From contig NC_043009.1 of NCBI RefSeq assembly GCF_006345805.1, forward strand, positions 57,474,001 through 57,538,000: 64,000 nt of DNA, given 5' to 3'. Numbering within the stretch: the stretch's first letter is position 1; every line of letters starts with the position of its first letter. Position numbers and translations under genes: made by a program. The DNA is from Octopus sinensis (taxonomy: Eukaryota). The notes beneath the pieces were generated by a model that saw nothing but the letters and a program-made list of their open reading frames with translations, did no database searches and was not told where the DNA came from. Below, in pieces: positions 50,611 through 64,000 of this stretch.

Positions 50611-51734
50611 AATATTAAAGGAAATAGAGAAATACAACTGACATATTAAAAATTTATTTATACTATTATATAATGTAATATATTATAAAAAGATACTATA
50701 TAAAATAACAAATAATTAAAACAAATATAAATCCAACAATTTGTTTCGATTCATATCCGCAAGTGAATTAATAAAAAAATCCACATTTTTGCATACTAGT
50801 CTCAAAAATTCCATGCAAGGACTGCTAAATTATGAAATAGACTGATTTAAGATATGTCTATGTTTACAAGCATGGGCGTTTTTAATTCAAAAATATAATC
50901 AGTACAATAAAAACAACAACAAAATTCATAAAGTAACTAAGTAAAGAAAATTTACAACAGCCATAGAATTTTCTTATGGATCCCCAATAATATTAATCTA
51001 AATATATTTTAATCGAAAACAATCCCTGGTTATTCGTGTGTATCCTTTCAAAAAATATGTTAACCTTTGTACTAAAAGCTCATAAAACCCTGATGAGATT
51101 CTTCCCGATATAGTTGAAAATGACGACCAATTTTTAGCATAAGACCTTACCCAAATGTTTAGAAATACTAATCAGCTAGTGGCACGAACGGAAACATATA
51201 TGTAGGCTTTGGACGTCTGCCATTTCTTTTTATAATATATTTCTATAATTTTTATAACAAACTTTCAACCACATTATATCATACAAATAAATTATTTATA
51301 CATCCAAATTCTCCATTTTCTTTCTGTCATCATTATTAACAATATATATTACTATGATACTCCCTAACATATTGCCGAGACTTTCTCCTTATATGATAGT
51401 GATTAACCAGTGCAAGTTTTGGATTATTTAAGGAAATAGTCAACAGGGGTAAGTAGAGGTTGCTACCAGAAGTCTTCAGCTTTGACCCCTGCACATAGGC
51501 AGCCATAAGGCGATTTTGGTTTCTTTGTGTTTCAGCTGTTTTGCTAAACCTTCATTCGTCGAAGCCATGAAAGTCCACCGCCTTTAGTCGAACAAATCGA
51601 CCCCAGGACGTATTCTTTGTAAGCCTAGTACTTATTGTATCGCTCTCTTTTGCCGAACTACTAAGTTACATAAACACACCAGCATCGGTTGTCAAGCGAT
51701 GGTGAGGGACAAACACAGACACACAAAAACATAC

Positions 51735-51933
51735 ACCACGTGTGTACCGTTGGCGATTTTTTCCCGCCGTCTTCCCCTCTCTGGATCTTTCCTTTTCCTA
51801 TGTTTCTGACGAAGAGCTCCGCTCGAAACGTAAAACCTTCCTTCTTCCCTTCCTTCCTGAGCGTCCAATAATACTACATTTGTTTCACGTCCTCGCGTTG
51901 TTGTGTTTTCTCTTTGTGTTTTCATGCTTGGAT

Positions 51934-51940
<7 letters not shown>
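51735..51940 (+). mobile_element. Short Penelope-like (pseudo-LTR-type) repeat carrying a hammerhead
   Basis: Second copy at 61350-61545; both end GGATTAAC-(TA)n. Confidence 0.7.
51802..51836 (+). ncRNA. Minimal hammerhead ribozyme motif
   Basis: GTTT CTGACGA A GAGC-TCC-GCTC GAAAC GTA AAAC. Confidence 0.7.
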
Positions 51941-51978
<38 letters not shown>

Positions 51979-52138
51979 GACGGGCTTCTTTCAGTTTCCG
52001 TCTACCAATTCCACTCACAAGGTTTTGGCCGGCTCGAGGCTATAGTAGAAGATACTTGCCCAAGTTGCCACGCAGAGGGACTGAACCCGGAAACATGTGG
52101 TTGGGAAGCCAGCTTCTTACCATACAACCACGCCTGCG

Positions 52139-52181
<43 letters not shown>

Positions 52182-52903
52182 ATGTATGTATGTGTATGCG
52201 TATGTATGGATAAGAATATGTATAAGTGGGTGAGTATATGCATGTATGACTGCATGTGTATACGTACGTATATATGTAAGTACACATAGTGTTATATCAT
52301 TGTTATGTACGCATGTATGAATGTATGAACGTATGTGTGTGTATATATGTGTGTAGACATGTATGTATGCACGTGTGTGTGAATGTTTGTGTGTGTATGC
52401 ATGTATGTGTGTATGTATATATGTATATGCTTGTATAAATGTGTTTGTGCGTGTGCGTATGTGTGTATGTGTGTGTGTGTGTGTCTACGTGCGTGCGTGT
52501 CTGTGTGTCTACGTGCGTGCGTGTCTGTGTGTTTGTCTACTTGGGTGTGTATGTTTGTACATAATTACCGAAGTGAACAAATTTGCGTCGTCGAATTTAA
52601 AACTGATTCTCTTGAAAATTGCTATTTAGGAGAGAGTTACCATTGTCTGGCTACGTGTGTGTGTGTGTGTGTGTGTATGTGTGTGTGTGTGTGTGCTCTT
52701 AGTATGCATGTGTACTTTGCGCATTATATGTCTGTGTGTGAATATTTCACTCACAATCACCAATACAAACACACACGAGCACATACACACATACACAAAA
52801 ACACACATGTATATATAAAAATGTAACTAATGAAGAATATATGTATACATACACAGACACACACACACACACACACACAAACGCACACACACACACACAC
52901 ACA

Positions 52904-52936
<33 letters not shown>

Positions 52937-53279
52937 ATATGTATATATGTATATATATATATATGTATATATATATAAGTATGTACGCATATGTCTGTAT
53001 ATATATATGTATACATACACGGGCAAATATATATATATGTACACACACACACACACACACATAGATAGATAGATAGGTAGATCGAGAGAGAGAGAAACGT
53101 ATATGACATGTGCAAGTAAGTCGTTTAAAACCCTGTGATAACAGCCATGTGTAAATATGCATAAACACACAGAGGAACACAGACATATACACATGCATAC
53201 ATATACCTCCCTCCCTCCCTCCCTCCACTTATGTGTGTATGTATGTATATATATATATATGTATATACATATATGTATC

Positions 53280-53381
<102 letters not shown>

Positions 53382-53521
53382 TATGGCGAAAGGGAGGACG
53401 AAATATTGTTTGTGCAAGTAAAACAAGCGTGTTGTATGTCTGTCTTTCTGTCTACTTGACTTGGTGTTTTTCTTTGTCCGTCTTGTTATTTGTTTGATGT
53501 TGAACAGTTACTCCGTCTCCA

Positions 53522-53611
<90 letters not shown>

Positions 53612-54166
53612 TATATATATATTATTGCTATTATTATATATATATGTAATTACATATATATATATATATATACAAACAAACATACATACATATACATATA
53701 TACACATGTATGTATATAGATATATATATATACATACGTGCCTGCATATATATGCACGGACGTGTTTGTGTGTGTGTGTTTCTTTCGTGTTTGTGTCTGT
53801 CCTCGCCACTGCTGGACAGCCGGTTTGTTTAGATACCCTTTGCCTAGTACGGCAAGCGCGAATGACAGAAAATGTGCCAGTTTTGAAAAATACGTACTAA
53901 ACCTTTGAAGGCGGTGCTCCAGCATGGCCACAGTCCAGTATCTGAAACAAGTAACAGTTAGCGATAAAATATATGCACCCCCCCACACACAGGAAATTAG
54001 GCTACTGAAAAGGAAGAAGCTGTTTTGAAGACTACAGATCCCATCCGTTGCTGGAACTGTAAAAATCTGTAAAACTTTTCAGAAGTTTATCATTTAAGTA
54101 TATATGAGCAGCTTACTGTTTTTAAATCTCACAACGAATGATATTCAGTAACAGTACTTTGGAGCA

Positions 54167-54508
54167 AAAGATTTTTGCTAACATAACATGGCAGTCCTGT
54201 TTTAGGACGAATGTTTTCTGTAATTTAGCACCATAAGACATCGTCTCCAGCTGGCTATACGGCACGATCTGTGTACTTATATTTTTAAACAAGGAAATCT
54301 AGCACTCCCGCTGATGAAGGAAAATAACCCGGAAATCGCGATACACAGATATTGTCTTGAGCTGAGTGGGGGTGCTAGATTCCCTTGTTCGAAAATATAG
54401 GGACACAGATCGTGTCGTATAGCCAGCTGGAGACGATGTCTCCTGCGGCTAAATTACAGCAACATTCGTCCTAAACCAGGACTGCCATTTATGTTGGCAA
54501 AAATCTTT
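54167..54508. repeat. Long fold-back (two ~140-bp imperfect arms, ~58-bp spacer)
   Basis: 54167-54309 pairs with 54368-54508 (e.g. AGACATCGTCTCCAGCTGGCTATAC / GTATAGCCAGCTGGAGACGATGTCT); the spacer starts with CTGATGA. Confidence 0.88.
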
Positions 54509-54754
54509 ACTCTGTACATGAGCATGTCTAGATATGCAAATATATGCATGAGAAGTCATGCATAAAACAAAACATACAAATCTGCACATATGCATACATA
54601 CATGCAAAAATACCCTGTTGATGTTGTTGAAATTTCAATGAAAGATCTTTGGATCTATGTTGGAAACCGGCTCTATCTGTATTGGCAAGAAATCTTGAAA
54701 TAAACTGAATTGTGACACGCATACATTCATACATACGTACATACATACATACAT

Positions 54755-54912
54755 TGTGGCTTAGTGGTTAGGGTGTTGAACTCATGATCGTAAGGTTGTG
54801 GTTTCGATCCTGGACCGGGTGATGCATTGTGTTCTTCGGCAAAACACTTCATTTCACGTTGCTCCAGTCCACTCAGCTGGCAAAAATGAGTAATCCTACA
54901 ACGGACCGGCGT
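54755..54912 (+). mobile_element. SINE family C, 5' part
   Basis: GTGGCTTAGTGGTTAGGG..GGTTTCGATCC head. Confidence 0.8.
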
Positions 54913-55021
54913 CATACATACACATCAGTCCTTCTATTCATATATACATGTGTGTGTATGCTTGTATATACATGTGTATGTGTATGTATGTATATGTATG
55001 TATGTATTTATGTTTGTATGA

Positions 55022-55053
<32 letters not shown>

Positions 55054-55634
55054 ATGTATGTATGTATGTATGTATGTATGTATGTATGTATGTATGTATG
55101 TATGTATTCGGCAGTTGATGTCGTCGGCATCATTTATGTAATCGAGCAATTTTTAGTCAATAACCTGTTGTTATGGAACTAAAATCCATCGTTTTCTCTC
55201 TTTCCGTCTGCTCAGTCAATTCTAACCCAGAACAACCTAACATGAAATCTATTCTCAGACTTATTGAAAGAAACTAAGCACGTGACTTAGCTCTAGTTTA
55301 CTTGCTATTATTTTACTGTTTATCTCTTGAGAATGTCCATCATGAAGCAGGCCAAGGTGAAGCGAACTTCTTTTAACTGTAAATTAAACAAATCTCACTC
55401 TGTCCTCTGTAACTCACAACATTTTATGGTACTCGCATGAAGCATCTTAATTATTGGTGTCTTAGCGCTTCGTCCGGCATAACACCTTTCTTTGATCTTT
55501 TGATTCCTTTAAAGGATCTCACTTCGTTGTAAGATTTTGGACAGGGTCTTTGCTCTCAGAGGATAACAAAGTGAAGGAAAACAAAATCCCTTGTGGAAGA
55601 CAGTTTCATGTTAATGTAGAAAAACAAACATGAA

Positions 55635-55790
55635 CGGTTGTGTGGTAAGAAATTTGCTTCCCAATCACACAGTTGCAGGTTCAGTCCCACGGCGCGACAT
55701 CAAGGGCAAGTGTCTCCTAATATAGCCTCGGACCGATAGAGGCCTTTTGAGTGGATTTCGCGGATGGAAACTGATAGAAGCCTGTCATAC
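55635..55790 (+). mobile_element. SINE family B, 5' part
   Basis: TGTGTGGTAAG..GGTTCAGTCCCAC..GGGCAAGTGTCT. Confidence 0.75.
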
Positions 55791-55920
55791 ATGTATGTAT
55801 GTATGTATGTATGTATGTATGTATGTATGTATGTATGTATGTATGTATATATATATATATATTTATATTCTTTCTCTTTTCCGTTGACACTCTTTTCAGA
55901 TACACAGGCACCCCCCACGC

Positions 55921-55981
<61 letters not shown>

Positions 55982-56563
55982 CTCTCTCTCTCTCTCTCTT
56001 ACAAGACAATGATAAAAGGAAAGTGACATTTTGCCCTCCTTGAAGTGACCTGCTGGGTTTACCTTTTCTAAAAGCCAAGAATCATTTACTATTGAAAGAC
56101 TGACCAACTGCAAAGTTGTCAACACATTTTCTTCTTCCTCTCCTCCTTCTTCCTTTCCTTCTCTTTTCCATGGACACTCTTTTCAGATACAAAAGCACAC
56201 ACACACACAAACACACACGCACGCACGCGTGTGGTAGTGAACCCCGCTGTACTCTTTCACCACAACTTTCTCTCACTCTTTATTCCTACTTCTGCCACAA
56301 AGCAGAGGAACCATGGTGTAACCCACTATGGTGTGGTAAACTTTCAGACCCTAGTCCTCTGTACCCCAGGATGGTTCAGCCCTCCACCCGTTAAAAGCCA
56401 CCGTTTACGGAATGAGGATAATAACGTAGCTTTCGCGCCCGTGCAACAGCCAGTCTATCGCGTCTGGTGGGTGGATCTTCAAGTTGCCACACGCATTCTT
56501 AGTAGCTTAGAGTAGGCTCGAATTAGATATTATTCTTTGTGGCTAATGGCGTGAGTCCTGATA

Positions 56564-56690
56564 GGAAGAAGAAGAAGAAGAAGAAGAAGAAGAAGAAGAA
56601 GAAGAAGAAGAAGAAGAAGAAGAAGAAGAAGAAGAAGAAGAAGAAGAAGAAGAAGAAAAAGAAGAAGAAGAAGAAGAAGAAGAAGAAGAA
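56564..56690. repeat. (GAA)n microsatellite
   Basis: Directly visible; explains the poly-K ORF. Confidence 0.97.
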
Positions 56691-56837
56691 AACAGCAGTC
56701 TCAGACCTCATTTGGAATAAAATCGTAAAAAGGAAAAAGGATAATAATTTTCTAAGCAATGTAAAGAATAACAATTATTGGCGTTACTATCTGACTAAAG
56801 GATAAAAATATACCCTTTATTATTATTAGGGAATTAA

Positions 56838-57190
56838 GGCGGCGCACTGGCAGAATCGTTAGCAAGCCGGGCGATATGCTTAGCGGCATTTCGTCCGTCT
56901 TGACGTTTTGAGTTCAAATCCCGCCGAGATCGACTTTGCCTTTTATTCTTTCGGGGTCGATAAATTAAATACCAGTGAAACACTGGGGTCGATGTAATCG
57001 ACTAGTCCTCTCTCACAAAATTCCAGGCTTGTATCTATAGTAGAAAGGATTATTATTATTATTAGGGAAGCTTAATGGAATTTCCTTTTGGGGTTGGTAA
57101 AACAAGTACCAGTTGATCACTGGGGTCGATCTAGTGGATATACCCCCCTCTCACGAACTTGCTGGCCTTGTGCCAAAATTTGAAACCATT
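56838..57190 (+). mobile_element. SINE family A plus a 3' fragment of a second copy
   Basis: GGCGGCGCACTGGCAGAA head; second AAGTACCAG..CTGGGGTCGAT at ~57105. Confidence 0.85.
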
Positions 57191-57523
57191 ATTATAAGGG
57201 AAGCAATTGGATGTGGACGAACCACGCGTGGATCAAAATATGGCTCGGTTTTTTGAGAAATCAGTGTAATTCTATAATTCACACGTTACAGAGAATGTTC
57301 GCCATTTACGTTAGTTAATTCACCAGAGTCCGGATATGCATAACAATGATTAAAAAGAAAACAAGACAAACAAAATGTTTATTTATATATCTATTTATTT
57401 TTAACAACCATTGTTCACCACCAAACAAAGGCAGCTGATCGAAATGAATAACAAAACACCAACGAAGAATTAAACATATACATACATATGCACATACATA
57501 CATACATTACGTACATACATACC

Positions 57524-57560
<37 letters not shown>

Positions 57561-58027
57561 TACATACAGGCATACATAACATGCATACACGTATACACAT
57601 TTACATACCGTATTACATACATGCATACATACATGTATACATACATATGTACAAACATACATATATATACACACATAGATACCATACATACACACACATA
57701 TGCATACCATATATACTTACATGCATACATGCATATATACATACATATGTCCAAACATACATATATACACATATAGATACCATACACACACACATATGCA
57801 TACCATATATACTTACATGCATACATATATATATACAAACATACACGTGTACAGACATGCATGCAAACATACATACCAGCACGCATACAGACATACATAT
57901 GCAGAAACATACATACTTACAAATGAACGTATGTAACCACGCGCACACAGAGAAGTACACACGCATATATATTACATACATTCGTATACATACATAAACA
58001 TATTCATAAATACATACATATATATAT

Positions 58028-58325
58028 GCAACTACATCCATCAATACAAACATGCTTGTATATAGAAACACGTCCATAACAAAAAGTCGCCAACAAATAT
58101 GGTTGTAAATAGACGTGTATGTATGTATGTATGCATGCATTTATGTATGTATATATGTATGCATTCATGTATACGCAACTACATCCATCAATACAAACGT
58201 GCTTGTATAGAGAAACACGTCCATAACAAAAAGTCGCCAACAAATATGGTTGTAAATATACGTGTATGTATGTATGTATGTATGCATGCATTTATGTATG
58301 TATATATGTATGCATTCATGTATAC
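58028..58325. repeat. Tandem duplication of ~147 bp
   Basis: GCAACTACATCCATCAATACAAAC at 58028 and 58175. Confidence 0.9.
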
Positions 58326-58368
58326 AAATAAGCAAATCAACAAGCTTACATACATACATACATATCTA

Positions 58369-58508
<140 letters not shown>

Positions 58509-59619
58509 CGAACATACATACATAATAGAGGTGTAGGTATAATGAAGTGCTAAAAAAACATGTACGAACGTTTTCCTCAACAATTATTCCGTCTTAACTT
58601 AGCCTAGTTCCATAAATGATTGGGTTTTTTCTTTATTTCCTATGCATAAAAGAAGCATTTCTCTTTCTTTTTACATACATAAAAGAAACAGCATTTTCTG
58701 AGCCAGGGGCTAAACAACAGCAACATCAAGAAGAACAAGAGCAACAATGAGCACCACGATGATGACGACGGTAACTAAAATACAATCAAATCTGTGAATC
58801 AAGTCGGTCTAAATGTTCTATTTCACATGGTCTTTAAATTTGAATAATAGTTTAGCCAGACGCTAACAGAAAGTCAATGAAGATCTTTCTATCGGCTTTT
58901 ATTGACAGTTAAAAATTTACTGGGATGAAATTCACCCTAAATAAAACACATAGCAGTTTTGAAAACAGGTACATTCAGTTTACTGAAAAAAAAAGTAAAA
59001 AAAAAATGTCTGTCAGAGAGAAATTGTTAATACAACTCTTACATAATCAAGCGATTTTTTTTGTAGACTTAAAATCCAAAGAAAATATTCCATTGAAAAG
59101 ACTTATAGATATGAGAACATAACGCCGATTTCAACGACTTCACAATTTCCACCATTCAAGACAGTAAACACTCGTCTCTGTATAAAATCAATTTGACAAA
59201 GATTGCTATCTTACATAACCAACAGCATCGAAAGCTATAAATCTTCAGTACGTATGTTTTCATAGTTACCACTAAGTATATTTATGGTAAATATCAGTCT
59301 AGGAAAATTGGGTTATGGTGGTGATTGGGTGGGGATCAGACATACAAGGACCTCGTCTTTGCAACAACTTTTCTAACCAGATAATAAATTCATATTTGTA
59401 TCCAAAACTAACAGTACGTTTAGTCATGTTAAACATCAATGTCGAAAAACTGGTGGGGCTTCAGGCTAAGAAAACAAATCGTCTAACTCGTATTTCGAAA
59501 ATTTCAGTTTCTTTAATCCAGCAATGAAACTATGCAAGGTTTTATTGAACGTCATTGTGGTTTATGACTGAGAAACAAAGATCGAACATTAGAAATTTAG
59601 ATAACCACAGTATAGTGGT

Positions 59620-59922
59620 GGAGGCACATGGCTTAGTGGTTAGAGCAGCGGACTCCCGGTCGAGGGATCGCGGGTTCGAATCTCAGGCCGGGTGATGTGT
59701 GTGTTTATGAGCGAAACACCTAAGCTCCACGCGGCTCCGGCAGAAGGTAATGACGAACTTCTGCTGACTCTTTCGCCGCAACTTTCTCTCACTCTTTCCT
59801 CCTGCATCTTGCAGCTCACCTGCGACGGACCGGCGTCCCGTCCAGGTGGGGAACCTATACGCCATTGAAACCAGAAAACCGGCCCTTATGAGCCAGGCAA
59901 GGCTCGAGAAGGAACAAACAAC
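59620..59922 (+). mobile_element. tRNA-derived SINE (family C-related head, different body)
   Basis: GGAGGCACATGGCTTAGTGGTTAGAGC..GGGTTCGAATC head; ACAGTATA flanks both ends. Confidence 0.8.
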
Positions 59923-60067
59923 AGTATATTGACCTATATTGCTGTGCTCATCTGAATTCTAGTGAAACTATATATTACATAAATATACATGCATGCATAC
60001 ATATATACATATATACATATACATACAAATATATAACTGATGTTCCCTCCTCCTAAAAAAAAGAATA

Positions 60068-60229
60068 CAGGAGTGGCTGTGTGGTTAGAAGCTTGCTTAC
60101 CAACCACATGGTTCCGGGTTCAGTCCCACTGCGTAGCACGTTGGATAAGTATTTTATACTATACTCTCAGGCCGACCAAAGCCTTGTAAGTGAATTTGGT
60201 AGACGGAAACTGAAAGAAGCTCATCGTAC

Positions 60230-60276
<47 letters not shown>

Positions 60277-60485
60277 TTTGTGTGTCTATGTTTGTCCCCA
60301 CCACCATCACCGATATTGGTGTGCTTACGTCCCCGTAACTTAGCGGTTCGGAAAAAGAGACGGATAACATAAGTACTAGGCTTACAAAAGAATAAGTCAG
60401 GGTCGATTTGTTCGACTAAAGGCGGTGTTGCAGCATGGCCGCAGTCAACTGACTGAAACATGAAACAAGTGAAAGAATAAAAGAA
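60068..60485 (+). mobile_element. SINE family B
   Basis: Full-length match to family B. Confidence 0.88.
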
Positions 60486-61235
60486 TAATAGAACATACAT
60501 ATACTGTATGTTCTATTATTCTTATTTATATTATACTGGGGGTGAGAGCAGCAGAGAATATTTATAATTATACTGGGGATGAGGGCAGCAGAGAAACCCC
60601 CAATAGGTTTTTCGCCTCATCCTGTATTACGTTTACAGAAACCTATGTAGTTGTTATATAGAGTTAACTATGCTAACAACCATAAGAAAATTGTGTTCTT
60701 TCACTTTATCTGCACCAAGTTTTGTGTTGTCTCTTACTCGTAGCAACTAGCATCTTTTTCCTCTTTTACGTACCTTAACCATGATATATTATGGTTTTAA
60801 AAATTTGGTCGAAACGAGGCTTAGCAAAAGTAATATCTGGAAAATTAAGTTGGGACATAAACCTGACGGTTGAACGAATTATCTTTACATAAGCTAGAGA
60901 TAGAGGGGAAAAAATAATGAGTGTAGGGAAAGAATGTTAAGATGGGAATGGGAAAAAAATCGATAAAGAAGAAAATGAAGAAGAGATATAAAGAAATCTG
61001 CTGCTCTTTACTGTATCATAAATATCGTAAGAGATGCAATAAGATTTACGTATAAGGAATATATATATATATTTGCTAGTGAGGGTGCGTGAAAGAAAAA
61101 TGACGATAAAGAATGCGGTTATAAACCTGAACGGAAGCAATGAGAGAAGAGAAAGAGGGAGAGAAACTAGTGTTGGAAGTAGAGGGAACTGCAAGCAGAG
61201 ATAAAGAGTGTTTATGGGAGAGAGGTGCTAAATGC

Positions 61236-61278
<43 letters not shown>

Positions 61279-61280
<2 letters not shown>

Positions 61281-61545
61281 ACGCGCAATAGCCCAGTGGT
61301 TAGGGCAGCGGTTACGATTCCCAGACCTTTCAACATGTGACCTCGTGAGCACCGCCAGCAATTTTTTTTTCCTCTCTCTTCCCTTCTCGAGATCTTTCCT
61401 TCTCCTTTGTTTCCGACGAAGAGCTCCGCTCGAAACGTCAAACCCTCCTTCTTCCCTTCTTTCCTGAGCGCCCAATAATACTATATTTGTTCCACGTCCT
61501 CGCGTTGCTGTGTTTTTTTGTGTTTTCATGTTTGGATTAACTATA
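61279..61545 (+). mobile_element. Second copy of the hammerhead-bearing short repeat, preceded by a truncated tRNA-like head
   Basis: GTTT CCGACGA A GAGC-TCC-GCTC GAAAC GTC AAAC at 61409-61443 (core U>C change); TAGCCCAGTGGTTAGGGCAGCGG at ~61289. Confidence 0.7.
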
Positions 61546-62039
61546 TATATATATATATCTTTGTAAGGAAGAGATATATTGAAGAAAATTAGTGTTTTAA
61601 GGAAGAGGTGCATAAAATCTAGAAAGACAATCAAGTGCTTTATTTCTGCCTTTTGTAGGACAGTATTCGCTTTTGTTTTTTTTACTATTGAGTCATCTTC
61701 GCTGGTGAGGCGCTTCTGTGAGGCGCAATTTTCAGTAAAAATCCATAGTATTATCCTTGATTTCATTCCGTATATATTAATCCAGAAGCTAAACTCATCA
61801 AGGGTCGAGAGAGTCTTTCCAGCGCACTTAGCAACAGGTGTGTGGGTGCGCGCGCGCTCATTTGTTTCTGTATATATCTGTACGCTTTATGTATGACCGT
61901 ATTTGTGTGTTTTTATGTATATGTGTGCGTGTGTTTTTATTGTGTTTTTATGCATTTTTATGTGTTTTTGTGTATTTATGTTTTTATGTATATGTGTGTA
62001 TTAATGTATGTTTGTAATGTATGTATGTGTATAAATTAA

Positions 62040-62081
<42 letters not shown>

Positions 62082-62472
62082 GTGCGCGTGTACTTTGCTT
62101 TTTATGAATGTATATACTGACCGTTGAACAGACATACGGTGTTCATGTTGCAGCGGGGATGGGCACGGTAGTGAAGAGATGGAACAGATGGGTGGGTTAC
62201 GCGTGGGAAATCGGAACTCACTTGAGTGCATGTGTACTGAAAATATTTTTTATATCAAATAAAACATATACGCATATATACATATACAAACAATGATTTT
62301 CAAAATCACGGCAATGAATTTGGGAAAATATCAAATATAAATGAGAACAAAGGTTAATTTTTTTTTACCGTACAACATTTAATATTTCGAAATTTCGGGT
62401 TAAAATACCTTTTGTAGAAGGAAATGGGGAACGGGGTACTTGTCTAGATTCCAAGGGATTTCAAGTCTTATA

Positions 62473-62840
62473 GTACTTACTTGTACTTGTACTTGTGGCG
62501 ACATTCACCCTGGGCGGGTTGAGTCGGCTTCTTCCTTGGAAGAAGTTTCGTGGAAATTTATGGATTTCACAAGCGGTCCCCAACAATCCCGCATGTAGAG
62601 ACATCCTGTTTGCCGCAGATTGTCCGCAGACGCAGGGACAGAACGACCGAGAAGCCGCCGGTTGCCGAAACAGACACTCCGAGGATTTTCACCAGAGCTC
62701 CGTCTGCCGGGTTGTGGCCCTAATACCACTCGGTGTCTGACCAATCCGCCTTGGGTGGCCCTACCAGGAACCGAAGTTCCCGACGGCATAGCTCTGACCT
62801 ACCCGTTGCCAGCGTCCCCACCACGGTGAGGAGAGAATGG
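62473..62840 (-). mobile_element. Non-autonomous RTE derivative (5' UTR fused to a 3' tail)
   Basis: Minus strand CACCGTGGTGGGG..GAGCTATGCCGT..TAGGGCCACCCAAGGCGGA resembles the RTE/BovB/Expander 5' UTR; ends in (CAAGTA)n; GC-rich island. Confidence 0.7.
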
Positions 62841-63624
62841 ACTTTGGGGACGCAAGTCTTATAGAGTGTTTTAAAGTAAAACTAAGATTTCTTCCTCTTT
62901 ATATTTTTTTTTCTGAACGGAATTAGTAAATAAAGGTGTTCGACAGCAAATCTACTTTTGAATGACGAGTAGAGAGCAACTCCTAGGTTAAGCTGAGATG
63001 TTCGATGAAGATAGGGAAGCCTTTGACCAAGTTTAGACATTTAAACACTTTTCTTAGTTCATGAAAGTGTTATATAATCGAAGTATGACTTGAAATTAAC
63101 TGTTTTGCTAATCCTCGCGCAGTTTCCTCAGCTACAGTTTTCGGAAGTTCAATATTAATAGGACTTGGTCACCCAACTGGTTAAACTCCTGTTGGCCTAT
63201 CCGGACACTTAAAGTTTCATTACCATAGACAAAACTAATGTTTTTTTTTTGCCGTTTTCATTGCTGACGAATTCTTTTTGAATTGGTACGGTTTGCAGTG
63301 TCTGCTGTGAGTCTTTGTAAACTAATTTTAAAAGGAGAAAATCAATAGGAATTTAAGGCACAAAGGCAGAAAGTGATCTGAAAAGTAAGAAATAAAATAT
63401 TCCAATATTAATGTTAATATTTATTTTACCGTAAATATTCAAAAAGTGCTTAAAGTGATCATATAAAACATGAGACAAGACCATCTTTCCAACTTAATAC
63501 ACACACACGCACACATACATACATACATACATACATACATACATACATACATACATACATACATACATACATACATACATACATACATACATACATACAT
63601 ACTACCTGCAACTACATTTCTAAA

Positions 63625-63972
63625 CATGACACCGCTTAAAGTTAAAACTGGTACTCCTTCGGTTACGATGACGAGAGTTCCAGCTGATCCGATCAACGGA
63701 ACAGCCTACTCGTGGTTTTAACGTGCAAGTGGCTGAGCATTCCACAGACACGCGAACACTTAACGTAGTTCTGAGGGAGATTCAGCGTGACACAGACTGT
63801 GACAAGGCTGGCCCTTTTAATCACAGACACTACTCATTTTTGCCAGCTGAGTGGACTGAAGCAGCGTGAAATAAGGTGTCTTGCTCAAGGACACAATGCG
63901 TCACCGGGAATTGATCTTACAACCTTACGATCGTAAGTCGAACACCCTAACTACTAAGCCACGCGCCTTCAC
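63625..63972 (-). mobile_element. SINE family C-related, full length
   Basis: Minus-strand head GAAGGCGCGTGGCTTAGTAGTTAGGG; CCTTGAGCAAGACAC body. Confidence 0.85.
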
Positions 63973-64000
63973 CACATCGTTTATTTGTGAATATAGGCAG

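Larger units (their letters stand above)
51577..52140 (-). mobile_element. SINE family B with an internal ~200-bp insertion
   Basis: Tail at 51577-51733, head at 51978-52140, foreign insert in the central microsatellite. Confidence 0.85.

Noticed and set aside
50160-51130. CTGATGA motifs at ~50292(-) and ~51090(+), and GAAAC-AAATT-GTT at ~50735(-)
   Set aside because: Each lacks the matching half of the core or stems.

Overview
Repeat-dense, AT-rich eukaryotic DNA with no recognisable host protein-coding exon, so probably intergenic or deep intronic. The SINE families and microsatellite load suggest an octopus (cephalopod) genome; this is inferred from remembered SINE consensus sequences, not from a search. 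Nearly all ORF-track entries are microsatellite or SINE artefacts. The real coding remnants are decayed transposons: RTE-clade LINEs, a Tx1/L1-like ORF1, four R4/Dong LINE fragments (three inside a (TAA)n array), one mariner (DD34D) and one Tc1 (DD34E) element. There are also several MITEs and dozens of tRNA-derived SINEs. The most notable signal is non-coding. At least seven type-I hammerhead ribozyme motifs with an intact CUGANGA...GAAA..NUH core, plus several decayed ones, occur in about five unrelated repeat families. They include a ~590-bp tandem array with one hammerhead per complete unit (retrozyme-like or Penelope pseudo-LTR-like) and a tRNA-headed SINE with a hammerhead in its 3' part. 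All folds were read by eye; no cleavage activity is shown.
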